A stretch of 64,000 bases of DNA from Lysobacterales bacterium (lineage in GTDB: Bacteria; Pseudomonadota; Gammaproteobacteria; Xanthomonadales; SZUA-38), in contig JBGCET010000035.1 in assembly GCA_045106555.1 (NCBI GenBank), positions 3,551 through 67,550 of the forward strand, read 5' to 3'. The number at the start of each line of letters is the position of its first letter. Positions within the stretch are counted from its first letter, which is position 1. The position numbers and the translations under genes are program-made. Shown piece after piece: positions 52,962 to 63,321 of the stretch. Below the pieces are notes generated by a model. It saw only the letters and a list, made by a program, of their open reading frames with translations. It did not search any database and had not been told where the DNA came from.

Positions 52962-55900
52962 CTACTCAAATCCATCGCTGAACACAAATTCTCCTTCCGG
53001 TACCAACTGCTGGTCTGCCACATTGGTATCCTGGCCTGCATCAACGTCAAGTCCGGGTACCGTCATGGGCGCGTAATCCATTCGGGTAAATTCCAGTGCG
53101 TAGTTGCCTGGCTCCAAACCTGACAACACATAGTTGCCGCTGTCATCGGTTAACGCAGGTTTTTGCAAGGGATCGTCCTTAACCGAAACCAGGATATTCG
53201 TCAGGCCTTCATTTCCGCTCAGGGTGATTCGCCCGGTGATGCGGCCCAGAGTGCCCGCAGGCCACTGGGTAATGTCATCCACATACCGAATCGATACGTT
53301 GCCACTGGGGTCACGGTACTGAACGGTCACGGTGCGGATGGTGGGTACCGATACCCCATCGAAATTCACCGTCCATTGAGACACGTAAGGCATCCAGGGG
53401 CCAAAGCGATCTTGATCCAGTCGAGCGCGGAATTCGGCGGTTGCTGGGTCTTCGTTATAGAGGGCGTTTTCCACCACCGCTGAATTTCCATCGGTACGCA
53501 GGTGATAGTCGGCGATCGAAACCGAGCCTAGTGGCGCGTTGGCGTCAGCGAGCGCAAAGCCTGAGAAAATTCGACCAGGAGCCGACAGCGAGCCGTCGGC
53601 CATTTCACCCTGAAACTGGTAGAAATACTCCTGGCCAATGTCTACCCGTCGATCCACATATTCCTGGGTTTGATGGGCGCCGGAATCAAAAGTGGTCAGA
53701 GGCAGTAACGAATCTTCGGTAAGGCCCCGCTTGAGTGTCAGATTGTCGAAGCGGCCGTAGGCAGGTAGTTTTACGGTCACTGCGTTATCGGTCAGTAGCG
53801 CTTGCTCCTCGTGCTCTGTACGTTGGGTGACCACATGGCCGCCCAACGGCATCGGCAGGGCGTCGTCGGTGGGGTCCAGCGGGTTACGTCCACCGCGCAC
53901 CTCCGAGCCGTCCATTTCGCCACCGCCATCGGTGTCGGTCAGGCAAGGACGGGTACCGCGGGTGAACTCAAAAAAGTTGCTTAACATGTCGTCGTCGCCG
54001 TCGACTGTGGCGTCATTTACATCGCCGTCCAGGCAGCTATAGCGGTCTTCATAAGAATCGGGCAGCTGATCGCCATCACGATCCGGCGGCGTGGTTTGTT
54101 GAACGACGTGGGTCACTTCATGCGCGATCAATTTTCGGCCGTCTGCCAGTTCGGCATCCAGCTGCACTTGGTAGGTGCCCCTCTGCCCGCTGCTTCCGTC
54201 GTCGGGTAAGCCGGTTGCGCTGCCGCTGTTGGATAGGAAGGAAAAGTTGATGGAGCGGGACCCAGAGCCTTCTTCCACGCGTAAAGACTCGGTTTGGCCC
54301 GTTTCTTCGCTGTCCACCGGCACGTTAATCACCTGCGTGTCGCCGTTGGGCATTTCGATGGTGGCGATTAATGAGCGTAGCGGTTGTAACCCCTGGCTGT
54401 CGGCGACAGAAAATCCGACACCAATCGGTTGGCCAACAACAAAACCCAGCACAACGTCATCGTCTACTTCCGGCAGAAAAAACCCGGTTTGCGCGTTCAG
54501 CCCGTTGGCATCAGGGATCGACACAGCGACCTCAGCCTGCTGGTTATTGGCGGCGGTGGCGGCTGTTACCTCCAAACGCCAAGTGCCTTTCACCAGGGCG
54601 CCGATAAAACTCACGGCATTACCCTCATCGCTGCGCGCCACATCGAGGTCACGGGCCAGCACTTCGCTGCCATCGGGTCGGAACAACCGCACTGACTGTA
54701 TGGAGGGCGGGGTAAACAGCGAACGAGCCGAACGCACGCCAATCACGGCGGGTGCGCTAGTATTCTCTCTGATAGGAATATCCAAACTGATGACATTGCC
54801 GACATCCAAGGCCAGTTGCTCACGCTGAATTTGCGTGCGCCCTTCAATTACGTCAGCAATCTGACCCAGGGCGGCGTGCAGATCCAGTACCTCGGTAAAC
54901 AGCGGCTGAACGTCGGCATAACGAAACTCGCCGCCGGTGGCGCGGGCAATTTCCGCCAGCAAGGCCTGGTCGGCCAACGGGCCCAGGGCGACGGTGTGGA
55001 CGATCATCCCTGAGGCCACGATGGTGTCGCGGATGTCCCGCCACAGGTCCTCTTCATTTTCCGGGCCGTCAACAACCAACACCGTGTGCTGAGCCCTTAG
55101 CGGCTCACCATCCGATAAAAACATTTGGTAGGCAGTGCGCAGTCCATCGCCGATAGCGGAGGTTCTGCCGGCGTCAGCGGACAGTCCGTTCAGCGCGACG
55201 CGAATGCGGTTGCGGTGGGTGGCGTCGGCAGCGGCTAACGGCGCCAGCGTGCGTCCATCATCATTCGGTTCAGTACCATCACCGCTAAAATCTACCAGGC
55301 CCGCGGCGAGGACGCTGTCCAGCTGTTGCAACAGGTGCAGGCCGGCGTCAGTAACGGCAGCGAGTTTTGAACCGTCTGGCGGGAATGCCATGGTGGAAGA
55401 GGTATCAATGGCCAAAATAACCTCGGTCGGCGGCGTATCGATGTAGGCCACCGCGTTGTCGATGGTTTGAACGGCTTCGCCGGCGCGGATTTCCAGCGGA
55501 TACGCACCGTCCGCCGCCTGAGGCGGCACCAACAGTTGAAGCAGATAACCATCGCCGTCAGGCACCGCCTGCAAAACCTGAGCGGGCTGATCGCCAATGC
55601 TGGCGTCGAACTGCAGCGCCGATAATCCGCTGACGGTTTTTCTGCCGTCAATCCCGGTGCTGGTGGGAACCACCGACACGGCGATGGTGCCTGGGTTGCT
55701 CGCGCTGCCGCCATAGTGTGGACGACTCTCGCCTGCCAGTGGGAAATCTACGTCGAACGTGGATTGGGGTGATTGACACGATAGGGTTACGTTGCCGATC
55801 CAGAACCCCGCCACCGGGGCGATCACCAGGTAGAGTTCGTCAAATCGATTGCTGCGTTGAAAGGTGGTGAGGGTCCAGTCCACGTCGTACTTTTTGTAAA

Positions 55901-57101
55901 ACTCGCGTGGGCGATCATTGCGATTGATCACCACGCCGTAGCTGGCCACCGCATCCGCGCCTGATGTTGTGGTGTCCGCGGCGTCGATTTCCAGTTGAAT
56001 GATCTTGTTGGCCGGACAGCTGGAAATATCGGCCTTCAGGTAGCGTGCACCAAAATATTGCACCCCTACCAGCTGAGTCACCTCCTGACCCTGGCCAATG
56101 GTCCCCAGGTCAAAATCTATCGTCACGTCGTTGTAGTTCATCATGTTAAAGCCACCGACGGGGTCTTCATCTCGGTAGGAGTATCGATTCACAAAACCGC
56201 TGCTGGCGTTACTGAGGTCAAAGTCCTTCACCAGGTTGGCGATGGTGAAATTCTGGAATGCGCTGTAGAGGCTGTGGGACTCGTCAAATAGCTTGATGGT
56301 GCTATCAGTGATCGACATGGCATCAGCTCCCTGCAGCCCTGCGGCAACTGCCTGTCCCCACCAAAGGGTTAGGAAATCAACCCCTAAGCCAGGCTCCTGC
56401 TCGTTAATGCCGTACTGCTCCGTGAGGTAGGTCCACCATAGCGCTGCGTCATAGCTGGCCAGCCAAAGGGATTGATTGGTGTCGCCAAGGTAATTGTTCA
56501 CTTGGCCCAGATAAGGCGCTGTGCAGCTGGCGCTGGGGAGCAGGTCTAAAAGGTTATAGACCTTGTCTTGCATCGCTCGAGCCTGGCCCTCGCAAACCGT
56601 GTTGCCCCAGAGGCTGCCGCATCCGCTACCACCGATCAGTTCGGCGTAGGCAAACTCCACATGGTGGAAGAGCTCATGACCGACGATCATGTTGATACAG
56701 CTGTCCGATTCGTCTGCGTAGACTGACGTGGGTAGCAGAATGCGAGAGAGGGTCGCGAAGCCGTTGTCACAGCCGCCGTTACCGTCGGGTTCTTTGCAGT
56801 CGTAAATGTCCAGCGATTTGGGCTGCTCGCTGAAATACGGGGACGCAAACAAGAAGTTGGCAAAGCCCTCGTGGTGTCCGCGCGGATTACCGGGACTGCT
56901 GGCCCCGGTTCGATCTAGCGCCAAAGCCGCCGCAAAGGCCTTGCTGGAGGGAAAAAAGTCGTCAGATGCCGGGTTAGGGTTCCACGATACCTCGTAGCCT
57001 TCGTTCAAAGTGGTTGCGGTGGACGGCAGTGGTGGTGGGGTGTTGGGCGCAAGACCCGTCATTGTCAGTCCAAACAGCAGTGCAACGGCTTGAGTATTCA
57101 T
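52962..57101 (-). CDS. 1379-aa exported multidomain protein: N-terminal HEXXH metalloprotease-like region, VWA domain, Ca-binding TSP3-like acidic repeats, CarboxypepD_reg-like domain, VFSDGFE terminus
   Basis: ATG at 57101 gives the signal MNTQAVALLFGLTMTG. HELFH at 56664..56678 with a Glu about 25 residues downstream. VWA MIDAS-like VILAIDTSSTM. Acidic repeats DRDGDQLPD, TDTDGGGEMDGSE, NPLDPTDD. ITGRITLSG..DDSGNYVLSGLEPGNYALEF. Ends FVFSDGFE-stop. Confidence 0.75.
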   Translation of the reverse strand: MNTQAVALLFGLTMTGLAPNTPPPLPSTATTLNEGYEVSWNPNPASDDFFPSSKAFAAALALDRTGASSPGNPRGHHEGFANFLFASPYFSEQPKSLDIYDCKEPDGNGGCDNGFATLSRILLPTSVYADESDSCINMIVGHELFHHVEFAYAELIGGSGCGSLWGNTVCEGQARAMQDKVYNLLDLLPSASCTAPYLGQVNNYLGDTNQSLWLASYDAALWWTYLTEQYGINEQEPGLGVDFLTLWWGQAVAAGLQGADAMSITDSTIKLFDESHSLYSAFQNFTIANLVKDFDLSNASSGFVNRYSYRDEDPVGGFNMMNYNDVTIDFDLGTIGQGQEVTQLVGVQYFGARYLKADISSCPANKIIQLEIDAADTTTSGADAVASYGVVINRNDRPREFYKKYDVDWTLTTFQRSNRFDELYLVIAPVAGFWIGNVTLSCQSPQSTFDVDFPLAGESRPHYGGSASNPGTIAVSVVPTSTGIDGRKTVSGLSALQFDASIGDQPAQVLQAVPDGDGYLLQLLVPPQAADGAYPLEIRAGEAVQTIDNAVAYIDTPPTEVILAIDTSSTMAFPPDGSKLAAVTDAGLHLLQQLDSVLAAGLVDFSGDGTEPNDDGRTLAPLAAADATHRNRIRVALNGLSADAGRTSAIGDGLRTAYQMFLSDGEPLRAQHTVLVVDGPENEEDLWRDIRDTIVASGMIVHTVALGPLADQALLAEIARATGGEFRYADVQPLFTEVLDLHAALGQIADVIEGRTQIQREQLALDVGNVISLDIPIRENTSAPAVIGVRSARSLFTPPSIQSVRLFRPDGSEVLARDLDVARSDEGNAVSFIGALVKGTWRLEVTAATAANNQQAEVAVSIPDANGLNAQTGFFLPEVDDDVVLGFVVGQPIGVGFSVADSQGLQPLRSLIATIEMPNGDTQVINVPVDSEETGQTESLRVEEGSGSRSINFSFLSNSGSATGLPDDGSSGQRGTYQVQLDAELADGRKLIAHEVTHVVQQTTPPDRDGDQLPDSYEDRYSCLDGDVNDATVDGDDDMLSNFFEFTRGTRPCLTDTDGGGEMDGSEVRGGRNPLDPTDDALPMPLGGHVVTQRTEHEEQALLTDNAVTVKLPAYGRFDNLTLKRGLTEDSLLPLTTFDSGAHQTQEYVDRRVDIGQEYFYQFQGEMADGSLSAPGRIFSGFALADANAPLGSVSIADYHLRTDGNSAVVENALYNEDPATAEFRARLDQDRFGPWMPYVSQWTVNFDGVSVPTIRTVTVQYRDPSGNVSIRYVDDITQWPAGTLGRITGRITLSGNEGLTNILVSVKDDPLQKPALTDDSGNYVLSGLEPGNYALEFTRMDYAPMTVPGLDVDAGQDTNVADQQLVPEGEFVFSDGFE

Positions 57102-57248
57102 GGATGCTGCCCTCAAATTCAGGCGGCAGTTTTTGGCGTGCCGCAATGTTCGCTAGCCCGACGATTGAGCGGGAGGGCGATTTCTGATTTGAGTGTGGAG
57201 CAGCGCGAGAGGGGTGTTTACCCAAATTATTGGGGGTCGGAGAAGTTT

Positions 57249-59105
57249 TTAGTTGGGTAGGCTAAGCAAGACCTGAGTGCCTCCCTCTGGACTAGGGCAG
57301 CGGCTGAACTGACCGCCAACGGCTGTCGCCCGGCGTTTCATCGTCCGAGTGCCATACCCCTGAGAGCTTGGATTGTTGTCGTTGTCGAGTTCAGGGGCGC
57401 CTTTTCCATCATCCCGAACGGTAATCTGGGTTTCTTCGGCGTGCTGCTCCAAGGTCAGCCACAGGTGCTGAGCGGCCGCGTGTTTCACAACGTTCTGAAC
57501 GGCTTCTTGAACAAATCGCAACACGTTAATTGTGTGCCCGGGTGCCATTGGCAATTGTTCAATCTTGCTGTCCACCGTCCAGTGCAACGTTATGCCAGCA
57601 GATCTCAATAGCGGCTCGTAACGTTCTTTTAATCTCGCCATGGCGAGCACCAGGTCTTCCCCCGCAGGCGTCAGCGCGTCCAACACCATTCTTAAATCGG
57701 CAAGAATGGCGTCCAGTTCCTCACCCACGGCGCGGGGGTCCAACTCTCCGCGCCGGTTGGCAGCAATGAGGCCAACTAGCTGACCGCCCACGCCGTCATG
57801 CATATCGGCCATGATGCGTTGGCGTTCCTGGTACAGCGCAATCTGTCGCTCAGAGGCTACCCGCTGGCGACTTTCCTGCTCCAGCGCTTCGGTCTTGGCA
57901 TCCAGTCGGCGGTTAAGTTCGTCGTTGAGATCCTGGGAATTGAGCAATGCCCGGGCGATGCGATGAACCAGCACGCCGCCGTAACCTGCGGACATAAACA
58001 CAATCGCGTAGTGAGAGAGATAAAAATCGCGAATCAGCCAGTGCTGTACATCAAACAGCACGGCCACATCGTGAAGGCCCAATAGAAGTCCCAGCAGGCT
58101 GCCAACGAGCAGCCAGTGCAGGTAGACGTGGTGGCGCCGTATGAGCGCGACGGCTAACAGCGAACTGACGTATATGATCCCCAGCAGTACCATGGGCATG
58201 CTGGTCATAAAGGTGAGGTTGGCGAACTCGCTGTTGCGCCCGCTTAGCACTAGCGCCAGACCGGCGCCAAACACGGCCAGATAGAACACCCCCAGAGCAA
58301 TTTCCAACCAGCGCCTCTTGATCTCCAGAAAGCGATGCGTGAAGCAAACAAAGGCCCACAAGAACATCGCCCTGGCGAGCAGATAGGACCAGTTGGCGAG
58401 GTAGGACAGAGCAATCTGGCGGTGGCCAACAAAGCTGTACAGGTAATAGCTGAAGGCCAGGAAGGCCAGCGCCAGCCAGCCGTATTCTGCCAGCTGGGGT
58501 CTAACTACCCAGATGGTTGCCATAAATAATCCCAGCAAGACAGAGGCCGCCAGTGCCGCCAGCAGGAGATCCTGGCGAAAGAAGTCGAAGATAACGTACA
58601 CCGGTTCCAGTCGCTCCGCGGGGCCGACGTAGAAGGTGCTGAGCATCATGGTAGTACTCTCGGCCTTGAGGTTGATGCGCAGTTCATTGAGGCCGCTGGG
58701 CTTAAGCGTTTTCGGCGGTACCGGAATCCATTGGGGCTGGTATTTGTAGCTCGTTCGGAATGTGGTGGGCGGGTTGTGGACCAGATGGTCGTTAACGAAA
58801 ATCTGCGCGGTGGAGTTCATTCGCGGAATAAATACTGCGATGTCTTGACCGTCGTCAGGCCCTTCAAACTGATGGATAAAGGGGGTGGTCTGTGGTGGGT
58901 CGTCGACCCGGCGAACCAGGCCTAATTTTTGTGCGGCACGGTCGGGATGTTCGACGTCGGTAATTTGGGTGACCTCGAACTCAGCCAACTGATGAAACGC
59001 GTTACCCAGATAGCCAATGGCGCCCAGGTACGCCAGTGCCAGTATCCAGGGGGTGGCAATCGCAAGCGTGTTGAGCGCCGTCGCAGGAAGAGTCTGCGGT
59101 TTCAA
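57249..59105 (-). CDS. Sensor histidine kinase (extracytoplasmic domain + 7 TM region, HisKA_3 / HATPase_c)
   Basis: The TTG start overlaps the response-regulator stop (TTGA). About 170-aa periplasmic domain, then about 7 TM helices. H-box MADMHDGVGGQLVGL. ATPase region VRDDGKG..GYGTRTMKRRA. Confidence 0.8.
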   Translation of the reverse strand: MKPQTLPATALNTLAIATPWILALAYLGAIGYLGNAFHQLAEFEVTQITDVEHPDRAAQKLGLVRRVDDPPQTTPFIHQFEGPDDGQDIAVFIPRMNSTAQIFVNDHLVHNPPTTFRTSYKYQPQWIPVPPKTLKPSGLNELRINLKAESTTMMLSTFYVGPAERLEPVYVIFDFFRQDLLLAALAASVLLGLFMATIWVVRPQLAEYGWLALAFLAFSYYLYSFVGHRQIALSYLANWSYLLARAMFLWAFVCFTHRFLEIKRRWLEIALGVFYLAVFGAGLALVLSGRNSEFANLTFMTSMPMVLLGIIYVSSLLAVALIRRHHVYLHWLLVGSLLGLLLGLHDVAVLFDVQHWLIRDFYLSHYAIVFMSAGYGGVLVHRIARALLNSQDLNDELNRRLDAKTEALEQESRQRVASERQIALYQERQRIMADMHDGVGGQLVGLIAANRRGELDPRAVGEELDAILADLRMVLDALTPAGEDLVLAMARLKERYEPLLRSAGITLHWTVDSKIEQLPMAPGHTINVLRFVQEAVQNVVKHAAAQHLWLTLEQHAEETQITVRDDGKGAPELDNDNNPSSQGYGTRTMKRRATAVGGQFSRCPSPEGGTQVLLSLPN

Positions 59106-59752
59106 AGAATGCCCAGTTCCCGCGCTTTGTGTACCGCCTCGCCCCGGGATCGAGCGGCCAGCTTGCTGTAAATTTCTTGAGCGTAGGTGGACACCGTGTT
59201 GAACGCGATGTCCATTTCTGAAGCGATTTGCTGGTAGGTCAGACCTCTAGCCAACAGGTTCAGCGTTTGTTGCTGACGTGGTGGCAAAAAGGTCGAAGGC
59301 TCTTCCCTTGGGGCAGGCTCAGCCAACCGAATATGACTCATGATGCATTGGGCCACCGAAGGGCTCAGCGGCGGCTTGCCGTCGACAATTTCAACCAGAG
59401 CGGTGCGCAGATTGGTTTGGGTGTCCTGCTTCAGAAGATATCCCTGGGCCCCTAATCCGATCGCGTTGACGATGGTTTCCTCATCGCTGAATCCCGACAA
59501 AATAACCACCCGGGCAGGGCGGACTTCACTGTGTTGGTCCACCAGGAGTTCCAGTCCGTTACCGTCGGGCAACCCCACGTCCAGCAAGATCAGCTCAGGT
59601 TGGTTAATCGCCTGCAGTCGGCGGGCGTCAGCCAGGCTTGCGCAGGCCCATAATGAGCCTTCGCTAACCAGGTCCGCCAGGGATTCCCGCAGGTGACTTT
59701 GCAGCGCGGGATCGTCTTCTACGATCAGCAGGCTGTTGATGGGTGAGCCCAT
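59102..59752 (-). CDS. Response regulator, NarL/LuxR family
   Basis: ATG at 59752 shares 1 nt with the upstream stop (TAATG). Receiver LLIVEDDP..LILLDVGLPDGNG. HTH LTYQQIASEMDIAFNTVSTYAQEIYSKL. Confidence 0.85.
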   Translation of the reverse strand: MGSPINSLLIVEDDPALQSHLRESLADLVSEGSLWACASLADARRLQAINQPELILLDVGLPDGNGLELLVDQHSEVRPARVVILSGFSDEETIVNAIGLGAQGYLLKQDTQTNLRTALVEIVDGKPPLSPSVAQCIMSHIRLAEPAPREEPSTFLPPRQQQTLNLLARGLTYQQIASEMDIAFNTVSTYAQEIYSKLAARSRGEAVHKARELGIL

Positions 59753-61272
59753 TAAGGCAGGGCGCTCTTGGCGGCGTTGCTTGCACAATTTTCAGCGCCG
59801 GTCAGCCGGCTTAAGGGAATCACGCCCTGGTTTGCGCCATCGGTGCTGATGAAGGTCATTTGGCCATGTAAACAGGAATCGAAGCTGAGCTCAGCGGTTC
59901 CCCAGCTTTCCACGGTGGCCGCGGTTGCTTGGGCGGGGCGACCGCCAGTGGTGACCAGCAGTTCAAGCGAGGCTGTGTCGTCGGCAATGGGGCCCTGGCC
60001 AATCAGCCAGCGTTGGTTGCCGCGGTCGTCGTAGGTGTACCAGTAAGCCAGAGCTTCACCCCGGCTTTCCAGGACCTCAAGATTCACGCCTTGGGCTGGT
60101 GACTCCGGGTCGTACCATGAGCCATTGAGCCGGGCGCTAAGTGGTTCGCGTTGTCCGCTCACAGTGATTGCTGGAAGTATATGTTCGCGCAGAGCGGTGC
60201 CGATGCCTGGGCCGTCGTATTGGTAGTCTTCAGCAAGCTGCACTACCACCAGGTCGGCCTCTGGGATCATCATGATGAATTGACGCCCGTATCCGTTGGC
60301 GTAATACATGTCGAAGGTGCGGCTCAGGTCATCGGTGATGGGTTGAATCCACCACTGATAACCGTAGCCCGAGCCGGGAACGGAAAACACTTCGGGGTCG
60401 CTGGCGGGTGTGCTGTAGGTTTGGACGGATGCATCAATCCAGTCCTGGGAGATCAGTTGTTGGCTATCAAAACGTCCTCCCTGGGCCATCATCAGACCGA
60501 TGCGGGCCATGTCCGGTAACGTGAGCCACAGACCAAACCCCAGTGGCGCATTACCCAGGGGAAAGCCTTCTTCGGCAATGCAGATTTGGCGTGAGTCCAG
60601 GCAGTTGATTCCCCAGCGAATGCGGCTGATGCCCAGGGGCTCGAACAATGCCTGCTGTGCATAGGCCTGGGTGTTCAGCCCAGTGGCATCAAGCACAATG
60701 CCGGACATTAGCCCGGAAGCGCCGGTGCTGTACTGGAAGGTTTGTCCCGGCGGTTCAGCCATGGGCCAGGTGAGCACCGTTCTTAACCAGTCCGTTGAAC
60801 CCAGCATGGTGCTGATGGGATGGTCTTCGCGACCATAGGGCCACTCTATCCAGTTGTAGCCGTGGCGCTGTTGCAGCACATGCTCGATGGTAATTTGCTG
60901 ACGTAGCGGGTCTTGCTGAATTTGCGGGTATTGAGTGAAGGCACTGTTGAGCGGCGCGCTGGTGCTGATGAGACTATCGCGCACCAGGGTGCCGATGAGA
61001 ATTGAGCCCACGCTCTTGGTCACAGAGTAAATCGGCAGCGGCTCGCCCTGGTAGCCGCGGAAATATTCGCGATAAACCTCCTGCCCGCCGCGCACCACCA
61101 TCAGACCATCGACGCGCCCCAGTTCTCCGGTTGCCAGCCTTGCAGTGAGGCTGGCCAAAAGCGCCTCATCCATACCTTGAGAGGCAGGCGGGACCGCTTG
61201 CCACTCAAATGCGTAACCCCCACTAGTGAGAGCAAGAAGCAACGCTAAGGTGGTGAAAACTTTGCCCGTCAT
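59752..61272 (-). CDS. Exported serine hydrolase (class C beta-lactamase / PBP-like fold) with extra C-terminal module
   Basis: Signal MTGKVFTTLALLLALTSGGYA. S-x-x-K motif YSVTKSV. YSTGASG. The last 123 aa form the shared module. Confidence 0.8.
   Translation of the reverse strand: MTGKVFTTLALLLALTSGGYAFEWQAVPPASQGMDEALLASLTARLATGELGRVDGLMVVRGGQEVYREYFRGYQGEPLPIYSVTKSVGSILIGTLVRDSLISTSAPLNSAFTQYPQIQQDPLRQQITIEHVLQQRHGYNWIEWPYGREDHPISTMLGSTDWLRTVLTWPMAEPPGQTFQYSTGASGLMSGIVLDATGLNTQAYAQQALFEPLGISRIRWGINCLDSRQICIAEEGFPLGNAPLGFGLWLTLPDMARIGLMMAQGGRFDSQQLISQDWIDASVQTYSTPASDPEVFSVPGSGYGYQWWIQPITDDLSRTFDMYYANGYGRQFIMMIPEADLVVVQLAEDYQYDGPGIGTALREHILPAITVSGQREPLSARLNGSWYDPESPAQGVNLEVLESRGEALAYWYTYDDRGNQRWLIGQGPIADDTASLELLVTTGGRPAQATAATVESWGTAELSFDSCLHGQMTFISTDGANQGVIPLSRLTGAENCASNAAKSALP
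59755..60123 (-). other. C-terminal module copy 2
   Basis: GSWYDPESPAQGVNLEV...YWYTYDDRGNQRW...TTGG...WGTAELSFDSCLHGQMTF...RLTGAENC.... Confidence 0.6.
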
Positions 61273-61343
61273 CTGCCCATTATAGCCCGCCTTCGACCAA
61301 TGGACGTGTGACAGAAATCTCGACGCTTTTGCAGGCTGGTGGG

Positions 61344-62918
61344 TTACCTAATTGAAATGCAGCCCTCGCCCAATAGGCGGGTGATCGAAAGGGTTTGTTC
61401 TACTGGCGAACCCGCGCTGCGCTCGGTCAGCTGAAAGGTGACGGTGCCGTTGGCGCAATCTTGAAACGTGAGGTTCAGCGTGCCGGCCGGGCTGAAATCC
61501 GTTTCGCTGTCGAAATCGACCGCGCGGAGTGTGGAAAATCCGCCGCCGGCAGATTGGAATAAGGGCACGCTCAGCGTTGAAGCCAGATCCCAAGACTCCA
61601 CGTTGACACTGCCCGCGTAAAAATTGGCCTGTCCTGCGTCATCGTAGGTATACAGCACTAACGCCACATCGGTGGACACAGTATCTTCACCATCGCGAAC
61701 CATCAGGCTTAATCCATGCCCGGGCAGGTCCGGCGGAAACCATAGGCCATCGAAGGTGAGGTCCACCTGGGTGTTGAAGGCGGCGGAATGGGTCAGCGCA
61801 CCCTCCAGCGCAAATAGCCGTTGATCTCCTCGGTCGATCCAGCTGAAGCGGGGGTCGTTGTCGTAACTGAAGCGACCAGACTTAATCCGATGTTCACCCA
61901 GCAACAGGCCGTCAATGCCAATGAAGCTGCCGTCTTTTATTAACGAAAAGTGCACATGGGGGGCCCGAGACAGGCCGCCCTGGCAAACCGCAGTGATCCG
62001 GTCATCGGCGTATTTGGCCAGATCCTGACCTTTTTTCACTGATTGGCCCGTTTCCACCACTATGTCTTCCAGGTGGTAGTACTGGGTGCTCCAGCCGCTG
62101 GGGTGGGAGACGCGCATGATGCAGCGGCCATACACCTGAGCGATGCCGTCATGGGCCGCCAAAATACGGCTGCCTGACGTGTCCGTATCCCACGGCTGAC
62201 GCCAGTCCTGGCTGAAATCGATCGAGGACATAGGGTTGCCGTCGTCAGCGCCGGTATAGGTATGGGTGCCGTAAAACTCCCAGTCCTGGTTGTAGGCGAA
62301 CGGTAAATCCATTAGCGGGCGTGGTCCCGCTTTGGGTAGTGGCTGCAAAGACAGTCCGGCCAACTTTGCCAGGTTTGAGGCGTGTTTCGTCAACTCAGGC
62401 AGGTCATTTTCCATTGAGCGCTTTTGGCTCTCGTGGTGTTTCGCGGGCTTTGAGAGCTGGCTGGCCAAATTGGCAGCAAGGTTTTCGATTTTTCTGTCGA
62501 CAGTCTCGCTGGACTTGTCGGTCATGGACCTTAGCGACTCTTCTACTAACGCCAATACTGCCAGTGGGCTGACACTGTGAAATCCGGCCTGAAATAACAT
62601 TTCGTCGGCCCATGGCGTGAGGTGTGGGCGATGGGCGTCAACAAAGGCGTGAAAATCCAGCGCGGCATAGCGGCGATCCAGTAACAGCGTTTGCTGATCT
62701 GACTGAGCCACAGTTGGGTTGTTGGACAAGGTCAGAAGACACAGGACCGTGAGAATTCCAGTTTTCCCGATGAGTGTGCGGCGAAACAGAGTGCTGGCTA
62801 TAGAATTAATATTGATTGCGTTTTTCAGAGCATAGCGGATGTCAGGGGTTTTTTTGCGGCTTTTGCGGCGGCAACAGCCGCAGCGGTTGACCGTTCCCAA
62901 TATAGTCCGGCACCTCAT
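61344..62918 (-). CDS. Exported M23-family metallopeptidase with extra C-terminal module (start codon uncertain)
   Basis: M23 motifs [26 protein letters not shown]. The signal-like segment [29 protein letters not shown] begins near 62789. The only ATG opening the ORF (62918) lies 77 nt inside the upstream gene, so the true start is probably a non-ATG codon below 62842. Confidence 0.75.
   Translation of the reverse strand: MRCRTILGTVNRCGCCRRKSRKKTPDIRYALKNAININSIASTLFRRTLIGKTGILTVLCLLTLSNNPTVAQSDQQTLLLDRRYAALDFHAFVDAHRPHLTPWADEMLFQAGFHSVSPLAVLALVEESLRSMTDKSSETVDRKIENLAANLASQLSKPAKHHESQKRSMENDLPELTKHASNLAKLAGLSLQPLPKAGPRPLMDLPFAYNQDWEFYGTHTYTGADDGNPMSSIDFSQDWRQPWDTDTSGSRILAAHDGIAQVYGRCIMRVSHPSGWSTQYYHLEDIVVETGQSVKKGQDLAKYADDRITAVCQGGLSRAPHVHFSLIKDGSFIGIDGLLLGEHRIKSGRFSYDNDPRFSWIDRGDQRLFALEGALTHSAAFNTQVDLTFDGLWFPPDLPGHGLSLMVRDGEDTVSTDVALVLYTYDDAGQANFYAGSVNVESWDLASTLSVPLFQSAGGGFSTLRAVDFDSETDFSPAGTLNLTFQDCANGTVTFQLTERSAGSPVEQTLSITRLLGEGCISIR
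61347..61748 (-). other. C-terminal module copy 3
   Basis: [17 protein letters not shown]...[12 protein letters not shown]...SAGGGF...[18 protein letters not shown]...[11 protein letters not shown]-stop. Confidence 0.55.
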
Positions 62919-63321
62919 TCACGGGATGAATGGTCACGCTGATGTTCGCCTCACCGGCGCGCAGATGCCGAATTGCCTGATAGTCGTCGGAAAACCAAAA
63001 GCCCCGGGCCGCCTCCACACAGGGAAATCGCGCACCCACAATAAACTGATTGTCTGGCCATTCGCCCTCAAAGGTCTCGCTGGGCCGGGTCGCAAACTCG
63101 TAGTACCCCTGTTGTTCGGGGTAGGTGTTCAGTTTTCGCAGGGCCTGGCCATAAGCTTTCAGCGAGTCCTTGCTGTTTAGCTGGCCGATCACAAGCATCA
63201 GAACCGGCTCATTGCATTGATCGGTTTCTGGCGTGTGAACAGGGCTCTGGGCAGATACGCAGGCTGATATGGCCGCCATCAAAAAAACGAGCAACCACGT
63301 CCAACACTTTTGACCAGCCAT
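62842..63321 (-). CDS. Exported DUF1330-domain protein
   Basis: Signal [20 protein letters not shown]1330-like body ([15 protein letters not shown]...[28 protein letters not shown]). The start shares 1 nt with the upstream stop (TGATG). Confidence 0.6.
   Translation of the reverse strand: MAGQKCWTWLLVFLMAAISACVSAQSPVHTPETDQCNEPVLMLVIGQLNSKDSLKAYGQALRKLNTYPEQQGYYEFATRPSETFEGEWPDNQFIVGARFPCVEAARGFWFSDDYQAIRHLRAGEANISVTIHPVNEVPDYIGNGQPLRLLPPQKPQKNP

Noticed and set aside
54096-54122. HEVTHVVQQ in the giant protein, which resembles the HExxHVxQQ signature of DUF4157 metallopeptidase-like domains found in polymorphic toxins.
   Set aside because: The upstream hallmarks of DUF4157 are absent (the AFT-x-G-x-x-I-x-F block and the preceding conserved acidic/aromatic residues). 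The motif sits in a beta-rich repeat region directly before the acidic Ca-binding repeats. I treat it as a chance match unless an HMM says otherwise.
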